Assembly (NCBI GenBank): GCA_017654855.1
Contig: CM030332.1
Span: 5,022,001-5,086,000, forward strand
Source of the DNA: Podospora anserina
Lineage: Eukaryota
Direction of reading: 5' to 3'
DNA: 64,000 bases
The notes under the pieces are model-generated. The model ran no database searches and was not told the origin of the DNA. It saw nothing but the letters and a program-made list of their open reading frames with translations. Position 1 is the first letter of the stretch; every line of letters begins with the position of its first letter. The position numbers and the translations under genes are program-made. Shown here piece after piece: positions 35,987 to 49,112 of this stretch.

Positions 35987-38879
35987 ATGTACGACGAGGG
36001 GCGGCATCGCTCCAGATCCCCATCGCGGGATGGCGGGCGCAGTGGAAGCTATCGCGACCGCGAATATCGTCGCCCTGATGAAAGAGGTGGCGATTACCGC
36101 CGCTCGAGGAAGGGTAAAACCACACGATAAACCTGTCCTAGCAGAAGCACTCTACGATATCCGCTTGTTGCTTTGCGGTTTGCAAACTGTCGATATGGAG
36201 CAGAAGATGGCTAACTTTGGGTGTGTTTGCCTCGACCGCAAAAGATTCTCCAGCGCCTCCTTTGAGGAACCTCAACTACGACGACGATGACCAGGAGTAT
36301 AACTCGAGACAAGCTGTCGGGAGCCTTCGCACTGGTGGCGACCCGGATCGCGGACGGTATCGGGGCGACAGGCCTCACAGCGGTGGACACCTACGACCGT
36401 CTGGTAGCCCGCCGTCGGACCGTTACGGGCGAGGAGATATCGATTTGGAACATAGTGAACGTTTTTCACGATACAATCTAGATCGCGATGTGTCACAAAG
36501 TCGGCCATCTCGAGATAGGAATCCTGGCGCTGGGCGTGCGGGTGGTCGGGGTCACGGTCGTGGGGAGCACAGCGGTGCGGGTTCGGGCTTTGGCTCGTCC
36601 AAAGTGTTGATTCTTGAAGGTCTCACTGAGGATGCCACCGAGCGCGACGTCCTCTACGGTCTCGACTTTGTAACCCGAGACCATCAGTTCTCGAGCGATC
36701 AAGTGAAGCTCGTTCGATTACGGTACGATCAAAACGGTAGGTCGCTCATTCCTGGACCAAGTCTCTCGTCCCATCTTCCGTGTCGGAGGTGCTAATGCGG
36801 GGTGTTCAGGTCAGCGGATTGCAGCTGTCGAATTCCAACGTCGATCGCAGGTTGAAGACTTTCTGGACCAGTTCTATCCGGAAATTTCTTTTCCACTTCA
36901 GCATTCCCGCGGGAAGGACTCTGAGTTCTTCACCTTCGGCATTCAGGACCCTAATTACCGCGACGACATACCTGATCCTCGGGAGTCACGGCGCGGTGGC
37001 CGAGAAGGCCGAGAAGATGATGGTTGGACGTGTGTAACTGTATGTGCCGTCTATTTCGCCCTGTAAATGGTCTGAGACTAATCGACCGCAGTGCCATGTT
37101 GTTAACTACCCGCACCGAGCTGTGTGTTTCAAGTGCAAAACTGAACGTCCAGAGGATGATGGATATGGAGGTGGCCCATTATTAACTGGCGAGACCGACG
37201 AGTGCCCCCAGCAGATGCCGTCTCAATATGTCGTAATTCGCAACCTCGACCGTTCTGTCACAGAGGAGGTTCTGGCCAAAGGGGTCATGAAGTTATTTCT
37301 GGAGAACCCAGAGCCACCAAAAGAGGCCCCGAGCACCAACAAACTCAAATCAACGGCACCCACCAAGAGCACTGTCGGCATGGGCGCGAAGCCTGGCTCG
37401 CTGCGTCGTGTTTTCGTGATGCGAGATCGCAGAAGCAACGAAAGTTGGAGATATGGCTTCGCCGAATTTGCCACTGTCGAGGATGCCGTGGCCGCCGTTC
37501 AGAAGTTCCAGGCATCGACAAAGTTCACCATCGCCTCAAAGCCAGTCGTCGTTGCCTTTATTCACACAGGAGTTTTTGTTCCTTCGTTCGATCCTGTTAC
37601 ACCTGAGAATCAAGATCTCTCATTCAGCCCTATCTACAATCCTGCCGTTCGCATCAAGTACTGGGATGACCGCGCCTACCCTAGCGTACACGTTGTCACC
37701 ACCGAGCCTATCTCTGAGGTGTCACAGCCTGACAAGAGCAACAATGCCAATGATGATCCAACCAAAAATGTCTCCAAGACGTTCAAGAAGTTTAAGAAGG
37801 ACCTGGGAGTTGCTGTTGGTGCCAAACCCATCATGATGCCTCAGATGGAGTTGTGGGCCAAGAAGTCAGCCGAATTGCATGGTTCGAAAGCCAGGGCCAC
37901 AGATCCCTCAAATACCGATACCGAGTCCTCCAACTTTAACCTCACGACCATCCGTGAGTCTGAGAGCACAGAGCCTGACGGTCCATTTGCGCCTCACTGG
38001 GCTGATCAGTACATTTCTTATGCCGACTGGGAGGCGATGACATGCGTGGCTTGCGGCTGGAAAGCACCGACGGAGCGATCAACCCAAGAACGTAACGACC
38101 TACTTATTCACCACGAAGGGACAGCCCATCTATTCTACCACGACCCCGAGATCAAGGACAAAGCCGCGGCTGCTCTCAGTGCTCTTGGCAAGAAGCACCG
38201 CACCATCATCCGCCGTACCCCTCGTCTCAAATCTGAACCCCTGCCCAAATACAAATCATACGCAGACTTTGACCGCCTCCGTTGTCTACTCTGCAAGCGC
38301 CAATTTCAAAAGATGGAAGTAATCTGGCTACACGAACAGCAAAGCGAACTCCACAAGCGGAACCTCGCCCACCCTAAAGCCCGCTCTCGCGCAGAGGAAG
38401 AGTTCAAGAAACTGGGCAAGAAACAAAGAAGCTGCATCCCCGACCAAGCCTTCTACCGCGAGTGGGAAGCGCAACTTAAGCGTAGTGAGCCCAACTATCG
38501 TGATCGAGCCTTGGAACGTAGGCAAGCTTTCCGTCAGCCGAAGAAACCCACCAATCAGCACAAGACATCTGTGCCAGAAAAGAGGAAAGAACCTTCTTCG
38601 TTGTCCGCAGAGGCGGACACACCGGCCAAGAAGAGCAAAGGGGCGGGTATGCTGGCCAAGATGGGGTGGACGGCGGGTGCGGGACTTGGGGCCGAGGGGG
38701 CGGGGAGGACGGATGCCATTGCGACGGAGGTTTATGCTCCTGGTGTTGGGTTGGGGGCGGAGGGGAGTAAGCTTGGGGATGCTGGGGAGGAGGCGCAAAG
38801 GAGGACGAAGGGGGATTTCAGTGACTTTGTGGAGAAGACGAGGGATAGGGCTCGGGAGAGGTTTGATCGGTTGGGGTAA
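35987..38879 (+). CDS. RBM5/RBM10-like RNA-binding splicing regulator (RRM, RanBP2 ZnF, RRM, C2H2, G-patch); introns 36114-36244, 36737-36809, 37040-37091
   Basis: RS/RD-rich N-terminus. Spliced W-x-C-x2-C..N...R..C-x2-C finger, YGFAEF RNP1, CLLCKRQF..H....ELH finger, YRDRA.ERR and KGAGMLAKMGW..G.GLG G-patch. Confidence 0.92.
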
Positions 38880-39813
38880 GGGGGGGGTTAATGATTATGA
38901 TGTATGTGTTTTGTAAAATATTGAGGTTGGACTGGACGGTAGGAGATGACGTTATGGGTGTTGGATGATGGGATGCGGTATACACCCGGCCGAGAGTGTT
39001 TCAATAAAACCGCTGAGATTGATATGTCGGCTCCACAATAATAAGGCTTTGACTTCCCTTACTCTTTGATGTGTGAACTGTTGATGTGATATTGAAGCGT
39101 ATCTTGCGTGCCCGGGGTTTCCTGTGGTTTTCTCTTTTCACTTAAATTATGTTGTCCAGCTCCAGCCCGAGCACTCACCCAGCCCGAGCACTCATCATCG
39201 TAAATCACATCACCTCAATCACCATCACACAACTCAAAGTTCTCAAAATCAAAGCTAATTTGACCAGGCAAGGTGGCAGTCTCCCCCTCATCTACCACCA
39301 CCCATTCGCTCACCACAAATAGCCTACACTACCAAAAACCCATACATACACAAGCAAAAGCCCCATCCGTCTCGCCTCCAACGCCCACACAATGCAAGTT
39401 GACCCCCTTTTCCCTTCATCCATCACCCCTTCCATCCTCCCATGCCGTGAGGCAACCCGCCCCCCCCCCGCCCCACATGCAACTCGACCAGTGCGTCTCC
39501 ATCCTCCCCAGAACCACACCTCACCAGTCTATAATGAACAGAGGGAGAAAAACAGGGAAAAGGGGGGAATCATGATGCCCATTACCACTACAGACTGCAC
39601 AGAAACGGAAGGTGAGAACCCCCATAACCCATGACCTAGGAAAAGAAAAACGGACATCTGACCAATCCTTGTCTGGACAAGGCAGAAAAAAAGACGAAAC
39701 AAACATCAAGGGGAAAAAAAAAAGAAAAGAAAAACCATACAGAAAATATTGACATGGTAAAGGTAAAAAGTAGGCCTCACCCGCGTCCATTGTCCGCGTT
39801 TTTGTGTGTCCTC

Positions 39814-39988
39814 GAGGCCTTGTCTCCCGACAACAACACCTCCCAACCTCCAAACAAGGCCTCTCAACTCCATTTTGACGCCTTCCAGCCCCCAAACAAG
39901 GCCTGTCAAGTAAAAATTGAGGCCTATCGACTATCCGCTGAGGCCTTCTCACTCTCTACTGAGGCCTTTCGGTTCAATTCTGACGCCT
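39814..39988 (+). repeat. Degenerate 21-nt-periodic array (core RA[GC]GCCT)
   Basis: Cores at 39814, 39835 (weak), 39856, 39877, 39898, 39919, 39940, 39961 and 39982. Confidence 0.75.
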
Positions 39989-42900
39989 ATTGAGGGGGTC
40001 TCGCGCCGCCATTGAAGATGTAAGCCAGCTCCTGAACACCCAGTCTGCCCAGCTGCTTGCTCTTGTCTTCATCCAGGGCGCTCTCCACCAGCTCCCTCTT
40101 CTTCTCTTGCAAATCCATGATGCGGTCCTCGACCGTTTCCTTGACCAGGATTCGGTGGACCTGCACCTCCTTTTGCTGCCCAATACGGTGGGCGCGGTCG
40201 ACAGCCTGCATCTCGATAAATGGATTCCAGAAGGGATCGCAAATGATGACACGCGAAGCGCACGTCAGGTTCAGTCCCGCGTTACCGGCCCGGAGGGACA
40301 CCAGCATGACCTTGTTTTCGGGGTTCTCTACAAAGTCTTGAACCGCTTCGTCGCGGTGGGTGCGCGACATGTCGCCAGTGTACCGGCAGTGACGCAGCTT
40401 GAGGCTGTACTTGATCTGGCATTCGATCAAGTCCAGCAGGGAGGTCCACTGAGAGAAAATGATGGTCTTCTCATTGGTTTCCTGGATCGTCTTCAGAAGC
40501 TCAATGACTTGGGTGACCTTCGCCGAGTCCTCCCAATTATCGCGGAGGTAGTGCATATATCTCCGACGGGCCTCCTTGTTTCTGCCAGCCTCAAGGCGGA
40601 GTGTCCGCAGCTGACTTGGGTTGACCGGCTCAACCTTGCTCTTCCCCTTGCTCAGTTTACTCTTCTCCTTGCCTTTCTTGGACGCCTTCGTGGTCTTCTT
40701 TTCCGCCCGTCTCGCTTCCTTTCTCGCCTTCGCTTCCGCCTTGGCTTCCGCCATCTTCATCGCCTGGGCTGCAGCTTCACCCTCACTGAGTTCATCTGAA
40801 TCATCGTCTTCCACGATGAAGTCATTCAAACTGCCGACAGAATCATTGTCGGAATCCTCGTCTTCTGACGAGCCAGACCAGTCTGAAATCTCTGGCAGCT
40901 CCTCCTCCTTGACATCTTCCTTAGGAAGAGTTTCCGGCATATGAATCTTTCGGAAAGTCGTGTACTTGATCACCTTTGAAGCATCAACGGGGCCGCGGCA
41001 TTGCGGACACTTAGCACCGGCGTTCTCGTTACCTGTAAGAACATTGTTCCTGGCCGCGTTGTCTGTCAGCGAAGTGAAGCACTCTGAGCAGGTGTCATGG
41101 CCGCAGGGTATAGCTAGGACTGGATCCTCGACGCCGTCATAACAGATAGGACACTCAAAAGATTCGATGTCCTTGATACGCTGGATGACTGCAGCATCAA
41201 GCTTCCTGGCCAAATCATCCATGGTCTCGTCAGCGGTGGTTGCGCTGCCGACGCACTCGAAATCAATCAAGTGAGGGTGGCAGCATGCTTGGCGAAGCCG
41301 CAGCAGAAGAACAAGAATATTGGAGTAGTTGCGACCAACAGTACCGGCACGGAGGTATTTGTTGAAGACAACCTGCGACCTCTCTTCGAGGTCTTTGTAA
41401 AATTGTGTCTCATCCACTGAGAACTCTACAAACTCGGATCTCTCGGTCTTGGGGGGTAGAGTCAAGATGGGCTTGCCATCTATCTGCGAGGTTTTCATGC
41501 GCCTCAGCATGATGGCCTTGAGAACGGTCCGGAGTTTGTCCATGGCCTGCTTGCGAGCATACTCGTTGTTACCATTATTCCGGGGGCCGAGGCATTTAAA
41601 CGCCGTTTGGAAGTGCCTATGTTCCCAAAAGGGCTTAATCCTCAAAAAACGGATGAGTGGATAGAGCTCTGATACGTTGTTCATCATGGGCGTGCCAGTA
41701 AGGCACCAGCGGTAGGTGGCATTGATCTTGTGCACGCCCTTTGAGCCCTGGGTGTCCTTGTTTTTGATACACTGGGCTTCGTCGATGATGATGCGGTAAA
41801 AGGTGCTCTTGGGGTGAAGCAAGGGGCACTTTTTGGCAAGCTCGCCGTCGTCTCTCTCCGAATACAACGCAGCCGCGTTGCGTTGTTGCACGTGCTTCTC
41901 GTACTGGCGCCATTCCGAGGCGATTGAACCATACGTTGTGAGCACCACGTCGTAATTTATGAGCTCAGTGAATGGTATCTTCTTCTTCTGGTGGAGGAGG
42001 TAAACACTCATCTTATGAGTACCCCTCAGCTTGTTCTTGACCTCGTTTTCCCATTGTTTGATAAGGGCGACAGGTCCAATGATCAAATTAGTCTATTCAA
42101 TATTAGCATTCAATGTGCTGAAAGATAAGCAGGACGCCTATTAAACTAGTTCAAGGCGTCAATTGCACCATTTCACGGATGCAACATTCCATTCAACACC
42201 CACAGACGACCAACAAACACATGTCATTGTTCTTGGAAGGCGTTTAATAATACGGTCGATGTGTCGAATGATAGTGTTGATGGGTTAAATGATGGTGATG
42301 ATGCGTTAAATGATAGTATCGATGCGTTAGATGATAGTGTCGACCTTTAGTAATAGTGTCGAGGCCTTTACTGATAGTGTCGATGCCTTTGGCGGCGGTA
42401 CCGAGGGCTGTAAAGAACAATGACATGCGTCTGTTGGACAAGTGCAGAAGTTGAAAGAGCTGCTGTATGTAAAGTAAATGCAACCAACACCTTGACAAGG
42501 CACGAACAGGCAAGCTATAAAAAAGGAAGGGGTCTGAGAAGTTGCTTACCCTCACTGCCCGGTCCTCAGAGGGCCTGGAAATCATCAACGCCAGGGTCGA
42601 GACCGTTTTACCAAGACCCATATCATCGGCCAGGATACCGCCTTTGTTTGACCCTGTCTCCATCTCCGCCATCCACTTCAGGGCAAGCTGTTGGTGCGGA
42701 TAGAGAGGATACTTCATGCCCGCCGGTGTTTCACCCCGCTCCTCCTCGGGAATTTCCATATCAGGTCGAATATTCGAAAGAAGTTGTTGAATTTCCTCCT
42801 CTGTTTTGACAGGATTGTGCACAAAGTCATCCAGATAGTTCGCTAACCGCGGATTCAGGGGGTTCCCGTCCATATCGGTCATGTTCTGGAAGTCAATGTT

Positions 42901-44479
42901 GTTTGCACGATGAATCGTTGAAGCAAGACTGGGTTGCCCTCCCAGGTAATCCACGTCGGAGAAGTAGCTGCCGTTGTTCAGTAGACCTGGTCGATCGAGG
43001 CTGGCCAGTTGGCTAACGCTTGCAAAGCCTGGTAACGCGGATGGGTTCCAGGCTGGAATGGATCGGTTGTAGGATGGGTTCGGTGGGGGAAGAGTACGGC
43101 TAGAGGGATGGGTCGAGCGAGCCCCTTGTTGCCACAAAGCATAGCCGCCGGTAGCTACCTCGTCGCTGCCACTATCAGAATCTTCCCAGGCCCCCGGCAT
43201 TTGAGGCATCCGATCGCTTTCCTCGCGGTTGATGCCATTCACTTGACTTGGAGTGATGCTCCATCCCGGACTCCCATTGGCCCTCCCTGGTTCAGACTTG
43301 ACATTGACTCCACAGCTGTGTTGAAAGCTGCTAGCTTGTCGTGACTGAATAGGTGGTGGTTGACCACTTGGAACGATGCTCCAACCCGGACCCCCTGTAA
43401 CCTGACTGGGGCCCAGTTTAACGGGCGTTGTGTTATGGGAGTAGCTGCTCGTGTGCGGTGTGTGAACGCCACCATACCCACGACTTGGCGTGGTGGTCCA
43501 GCCAGCCCCACCTGTAACATTTGACCCCGAGTTCGTTGGGTAGTTCCCATTTCCATATAGTCCATTACTCTGCGCTCCAAACGATTCCGAAGTAGTTCCC
43601 TGCAAAAGTCGTGGTCTGGTAGATAGAGACATTTGATTGGACAACTGGCTGCTCGATGGTTGGCGGTGTGAAATTCGGTCGAATGCATTTGTTTGGCCAG
43701 TGGGTATCGATGAGCCGTACTCGGGTGCCGTCGAAGTGCCTTGCGATAACTGCCTGGCAAAGGCAGCATCTTGATCAAGCTGGGCCTTCGATTGTTCATG
43801 GCGCCTTTCCACATCAAGAGCTCTCTGTTTGATGCCCTGCCACGCATCGTCCCTATGTCAAAGGTTAGCACAGATCGACAGAGCGTGAAACGAGACTGCT
43901 TGCCCAGTAAGGTCAATGGAAGATAATTCTTCATCTACGTCGTTGCTCCCAGGGCCCCCAAAACTGTAATCCCATCCCGGGCTCGGCGACGCTCGGTTGG
44001 AGTTATTTGGACCCCATATGGATGAAGAAACATTCAAGTGAGAGCTTCCGAAAGAACGCTTTCGAGATCCAGAGGCTGGCTGGTGGGGTGGAGGCCCTCC
44101 TCCAGGGCTCGAGCTTGGCGGGTTCGACATTCTCGAGGATGAGCCGTTGGCGGGGTAAGAAGATGCTGGGGGCAATGATTAGCATGAGTTTGAATATGTG
44201 CATGTCCAAAACCTCTTTCGGGCAGGGTTTTGAAGGACTTGGTTGCGTACCTTTGCCTGTGGTAGGAGCTCTCGTCAGCACTGAACGCCATTCCGGCCAT
44301 GGAGGAATGCAGGACTTGAACTAACCTTCTGACGAAGTCCCGCGGGCCCTCCTTTCTTTGAGTTTAATCAATTCAGCCTTGGCTTCCCGTATTTGCTTGT
44401 TGATTTCAGAAGTCCGCGGTTGCTCCAACAACGACCTCAGTATCGTCCCTTGAATCGCAATATCCTCTTCGAGGTCCAT
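39987..44479 (-). CDS. SNF2-family ATP-dependent helicase with RING finger (Ris1/Uls1, Rad5/16-like); introns 44166-44325, 43853-43903 (GC-AG), 42093-42549
   Basis: GGILADDMGLGKT, IIIDEAQ, LTGTPMMN, RING CPIC..PCGH..C..C..CPQCR, IIFSQW and QAVDRAHRIGQ motifs. The splices preserve frame; the start codon is less certain. Confidence 0.92.
42237..42409 (+). repeat. Degenerate 21-nt tandem array within the long SNF2 intron
   Basis: Units such as ATGATAGTGTTGATGGGTTAA and ATGATAGTATCGATGCGTTAG. Cores at 42237, 42258, 42279, 42300, 42321, 42342, 42361, 42382 and 42403. Confidence 0.8.
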
Positions 44480-46032
44480 GGGGCTCGGGTTTGTGAAATT
44501 TAAGGGCACTGACGGTGCCTGATGAGGTGAAAGAAGAGAACGGGAGCCGCAGTCGCAGAGCGGGTAGCCACATGCACAGCCAGGCAGGCTGCCTTTGCCA
44601 AAAGCACCCAGAAGTGCAGTTTGTGGGTGTGCGTCTCCTTCGGTTTAAGTTTTGTTGGACAACCTAAGTAGGGAGTTTTAGCGGATAGGGCGGGGAGCTC
44701 AGGCTGTAGTGGCACGGTAGCCTGTGACTGTTTTCGACGGTCGGTCAGTCCCCCAGGCGAAGCAAGTTGGGCGAGAGGAGAAGGGACTAGATGGAAGACG
44801 AGGCTTTCGGGGCTTGCAGCTTCCAAAGCCAACCAAGTGCTGGCTGGCGCGCGGGCAAAAGCAGGCAAAGGCGGGCAGGCAAAAAAAAGGTAGCCCTGAA
44901 TGGTCGGTCAAAGTTGGCCGGTACCTTCTTGCAGGAGAAGGGGCAGTGATCGTCTTTTTCTTACTGCAACTTCAACTTGGCGCGCCTTTGCTGGTTTTAG
45001 TCAGTTGGGCAGGCAGGCACTGGCGTTGATGCGGAAGACGGGATGCGGAAGGGAGGAAAAGATTGATTGACGGTCAATGGGATTTGGGATTGTGCGACAA
45101 AAACTAGCTGGAGAATTGGTCGCCTTTTGGGGGGCTGTTGAGAGCTGGAAACTTGAAAAGGTCAGGCTTACCTCTCTGAGCTCAGCAGCGCGCAGAGGAT
45201 GGATAGGATAGGATACCTGGACCTCGCGATTATTACTGCTCTTTCTGCAATGTTGCATGCATGCTTGGTGACGACTGAGAGGCTCGGCACTGGATTTGTC
45301 GGGCCCAGCGCCGAGTTTCTCGAATTCCCATGTTGCAACAACACCGGGGCGCGCTCTAATCAACCAGGCAGATAGTGGGGCAATCCTTGATTAGCCCCCA
45401 CAACACCCCCGTCTTTCAGTGGAGTCCGCTCCACTGCCGCAAAACAAAAGTGGAGACCCAGCAGGCACACCTGCAGGGATTCAGCTGAAGTCTTGTCGAA
45501 ACAAAATCTCTTGGCTTGGAGCTCGTGCGACTTTGACGTCTTCAAACGTCCATCTGATATAGCAAGGAGATAGTTCCTTCCAAAGTTACCTGCCATTAAT
45601 ATCAGGAATGGAGAACCTCGAGAAAACATGGAGGGAGATAACATGGAGGGAGAAAACGCAACTATTAGTAAATGGGCCATGTGTTGGCACGTTACACAGC
45701 AAACACGCTACCGGCAACAAAAAGAAAGAAAAAGCTGAACACGCTTCACTCAGCCTCCCATGAGGCATTCGAGTTCAGACCGAATCGGATTACTGGTAGA
45801 CGTTAACTTGTCAACTACTAGGTATTACTAAACGACACGAAATATACGGCCAAACCTAGCTGCTCTTCAGAGCAACCTTAGTACAGCTATGAGGCCAAGG
45901 CAATTTAATTTCCAACTCCTGGTAACTCCTTCAAAAATACCCAAAACGACCGGCCTGATGCAATGAGCCTCTATGCAAGCACGTGTCAAAAGACACCATT
46001 ATACAACCTTTCCCCCCAAGCCACACCTGTGA

Positions 46033-48394
46033 TTACTCGTTGGGGTTTTCGGGAGGCTCCTCACTCTCGCCATCACTGCCGTTGGAGACTTTGTCCCACC
46101 AATGCGAGACCTTTCCAGAAAACCAGTCCCAAAACCCTTTGACCGAGTCATCTACTTTATCCAGAGGGGACTTGCCATCATCGCCCTCGTCATCGCCTGA
46201 GGGATCCGAAGAGGGCTGCGCTGTCGGCTTGTCGACCTCGATAGTCTTCTCAACCGTCTTTGTCACTGTTGCTGTTGGAGCAACCAAAGGAGCACTGGCT
46301 GTGACTGGGTTGACCATGACAGGCTTCGCCGATGTTGAGCTTGAGAACACAGGCGTTTGGGTGCTCGACTCAGCAGGCGAATCAAATTCGTGATCACTGT
46401 GCAGACCAATCGGCTTCAGAGGAAGCCTAAGGGTGCCGTTGTTTGGCGCAGGGGTGATCCCAACTGAATCACAGAGCATGTTATAGACATTGATGTTTTC
46501 TGCCAAGTGGTTAGTTCAAGATTCAAGAAAGCGAAAAAAATCCATGCTACTCACGAAAAACCTCAACCTCACTATTTGGCTGGTGAGGGAAAGCAGGGCC
46601 CCGAGCGACAAACAACGCCCTCATTAGAGGGTGTTCGTTATCGTACCCGTGTAGGCCGCGTGGCGCATAGACAGTACCTTTCGCTTGTGCTTCTTTCAGA
46701 TTCATCTCCTCCATCTTCACAAGCGCCCACCCAGTCTTGGGCACGATCCATAAAGGAGCAATGCGGTCATTCCGGGAGAAATGCCATCTTTCAGGCATGT
46801 CCATATCCCTGAGGTACACGTCGAGATTCGGGTTCGCCTTGGTCCTCTCAACCAACTGTGCGTGAATCTCCTGAAGATCATTGGGATTCTTCGGTCTCAA
46901 ACCAACCAGCGGCCATCCGTCGGTGTGTTCGATCTTGCTGACATCGACAAGATCCTCCAACTGCACAACGCGTGTTATATCGGTGGTTGCCATGCCATGG
47001 TCAGAAACGACAATGACATTGACAATATTTGTCAAGCGTCGTTCCTCCAGCCCCTTAAAGATGCGGTCTAGCATCTTGTCGACCTTGCCAATTGTAAGCT
47101 GAATTTCGGTACTGTTGGGACCAAATGTGTGCCCAACCGCATCAACATTAGGAATGTATGCCGCGATCACCTGCGGGCGCTCATCATCCGGCATATCCAG
47201 GAACTCAAGAACCCGGTCGACTTTCTTGGACAGCTTCTCCTTTCCGTTGTACTTGTCCATGTAGGTAGGGTTCGTGTTGAGAATGTGAGCTTCGCTCCCA
47301 GGCCACATATGTATCGCAGTCTTGAGGCCTTGCTTCTGAGCTGTCACCCAGAACGGCTCACCCTTCCACCATTTTGGATCCAGGCTTCTTTTAGGATCAG
47401 TGTAGTAGAATTCCTCTTTGAGCTCGGGATCCCAGAAGGAGTTTCCAACCACCCCATGAGCCTCGGGGTACAGCCCAGTGACCAAGGTGTAATGATTAGG
47501 AAAGGTGACGCTGGGAAAAGACGGCAGCATATAGCGTGGTGATACACCCTCTTTGACAAAGGCATTGAGCCTCGGTGTCAAGCCCCTGTCAACAAAATCG
47601 GCGCGAAATCCGTCTAAACTGATGATAATGGTCGTAGGAGCGAACAGAGCCGTGCCGTTGCTGACAAGTTTCGCTGCGGTTTGTGCCGTTGCCTTCTTCT
47701 CAATTGACAACTTCCAAGCCACCAAAACCAGAATCCCAAAGCCAACAATTATGAGTGCATAAAGTAGGCCCCAGCGACAACAGTTCCTCCTTCTCTTCGC
47801 TTTCACAGCACCCATGTGCAAGAGATTCTTCCTGTCCACCTCATCGCTGTCATCCCGATCACTGCTTTCCCCAGTATCGCTCCCACTCTTCACCCCCCCC
47901 TCTTCCATTTCATACATCAACTCCCCATCCTCACCATGTTGCGCCTCAGTCAGCAACCGGTCCTTCTTCGCCTTCCTCCTCGCTTTTCTCCTCGACCTCC
48001 TCTCCCCCACATCATTCCCGTCAACCGACTCAGCCGAGTGAAATGACGGACTCGCCGACCTCGATCTCGAAGCATCGCTCAGCCTCCTCGAAAACAACGT
48101 CAACGGATTCGGTATCGGCAACGGCAACCCAGAACCCCTCCTCTCCCTCTCCTTCTTCCTCCGTGTCTCAGTCACCAACTGGCCAAGCTCCTCCTCCTCC
48201 ATCAGCACCAGCCTGTCGTGCGCCCTCAACTCGCGACTGTTCCTCGCTCGCATCTGCCTCTCGTCATCCTCACTATCCGTGTCCTGATCGCTGCGGATCG
48301 AAATCGCATCGGCGTCGTAATCGGACGGCGACAAAAACGTCTGTTGGTCTCGGGCGCCCGCATTCGTTGTGTTCAGCGGCTGGAGGGGACGCAT
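46033..48394 (-). CDS. NPP1: Type II membrane ectonucleotide pyrophosphatase/phosphodiesterase; intron 46500-46554
   Basis: Single TM helix. ISLDGFRAD, FPSVTFPNHYTLVTG, VSDHGM and GLHGYDN motifs; the splice gives EVFQNINVYN. Confidence 0.9.
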
Positions 48395-49112
48395 CTTGGA
48401 AGACGACGACGCTTAACAAAGAAATCCTGTCGTGTTCATCGGCTCAGGAAGATCGGGGTATTCGTCGCTCGGCACACAAAATAAAGCTATCGTCGGTCAA
48501 TCATTGCACACTTCCCCTGTATCTAGGAGTTTGGTTAGGAGGAAATAGGTCAATTTGTTGCCGCCGCTCGCAAATGGGAGACTGCAACTCCCGAGCCTGG
48601 ACCCCGTTCAAATTCGGGAGGACTCCTTACACCCCTGGGGTGTGTCTCTTGTTTTGACAGGCTTGGCCCGCCCCACACTCTCGGCAAGCCCCCCGCCCTT
48701 TTGGGTCTCCTCTTCATCTGGTGGTGCAACATCAACGACTCTCGATCAGTCACAGCTCTGCAGATGGCATCGATCTACCTCAATCGAGGGAAATATATGT
48801 AGAATGACTGGACCATCAACGGATTCCTCGATCACGGACACGATACGAAACAACGCAGACCTGGATCACCCAGTCTTTTCACATGTCACCAGCCTTGACC
48901 CAACCCCCTCACAACTCGCAAAGTTCCACAGCATCACAGCGGAGGAGACCATGTGGAATTAACGTTTCCAGCCTTAGTTTGATTGGTAAGCACCAAGCTA
49001 TCTCCCGTTTCTCACCTGTGTCACAGGAGTTCATTCTTAGGTATCTCATTATCCGCACAAGCCATCTCAACAACTGATAGCAAACGCCAACCAACGCCAT
49101 ATCACGCAAACC

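Noticed and set aside
39162-39194. CCAGCCCGAGCACTCA x2 (and AACATGGAGGGAGA x2 near 45625)
   Set aside because: Isolated short slippage duplications with no further structure.
39814-42409. CRISPR-like arrays
   Set aside because: Eukaryotic context, degenerate ~7-nt cores with a 21-nt period, and no repeat-spacer structure or cas genes.
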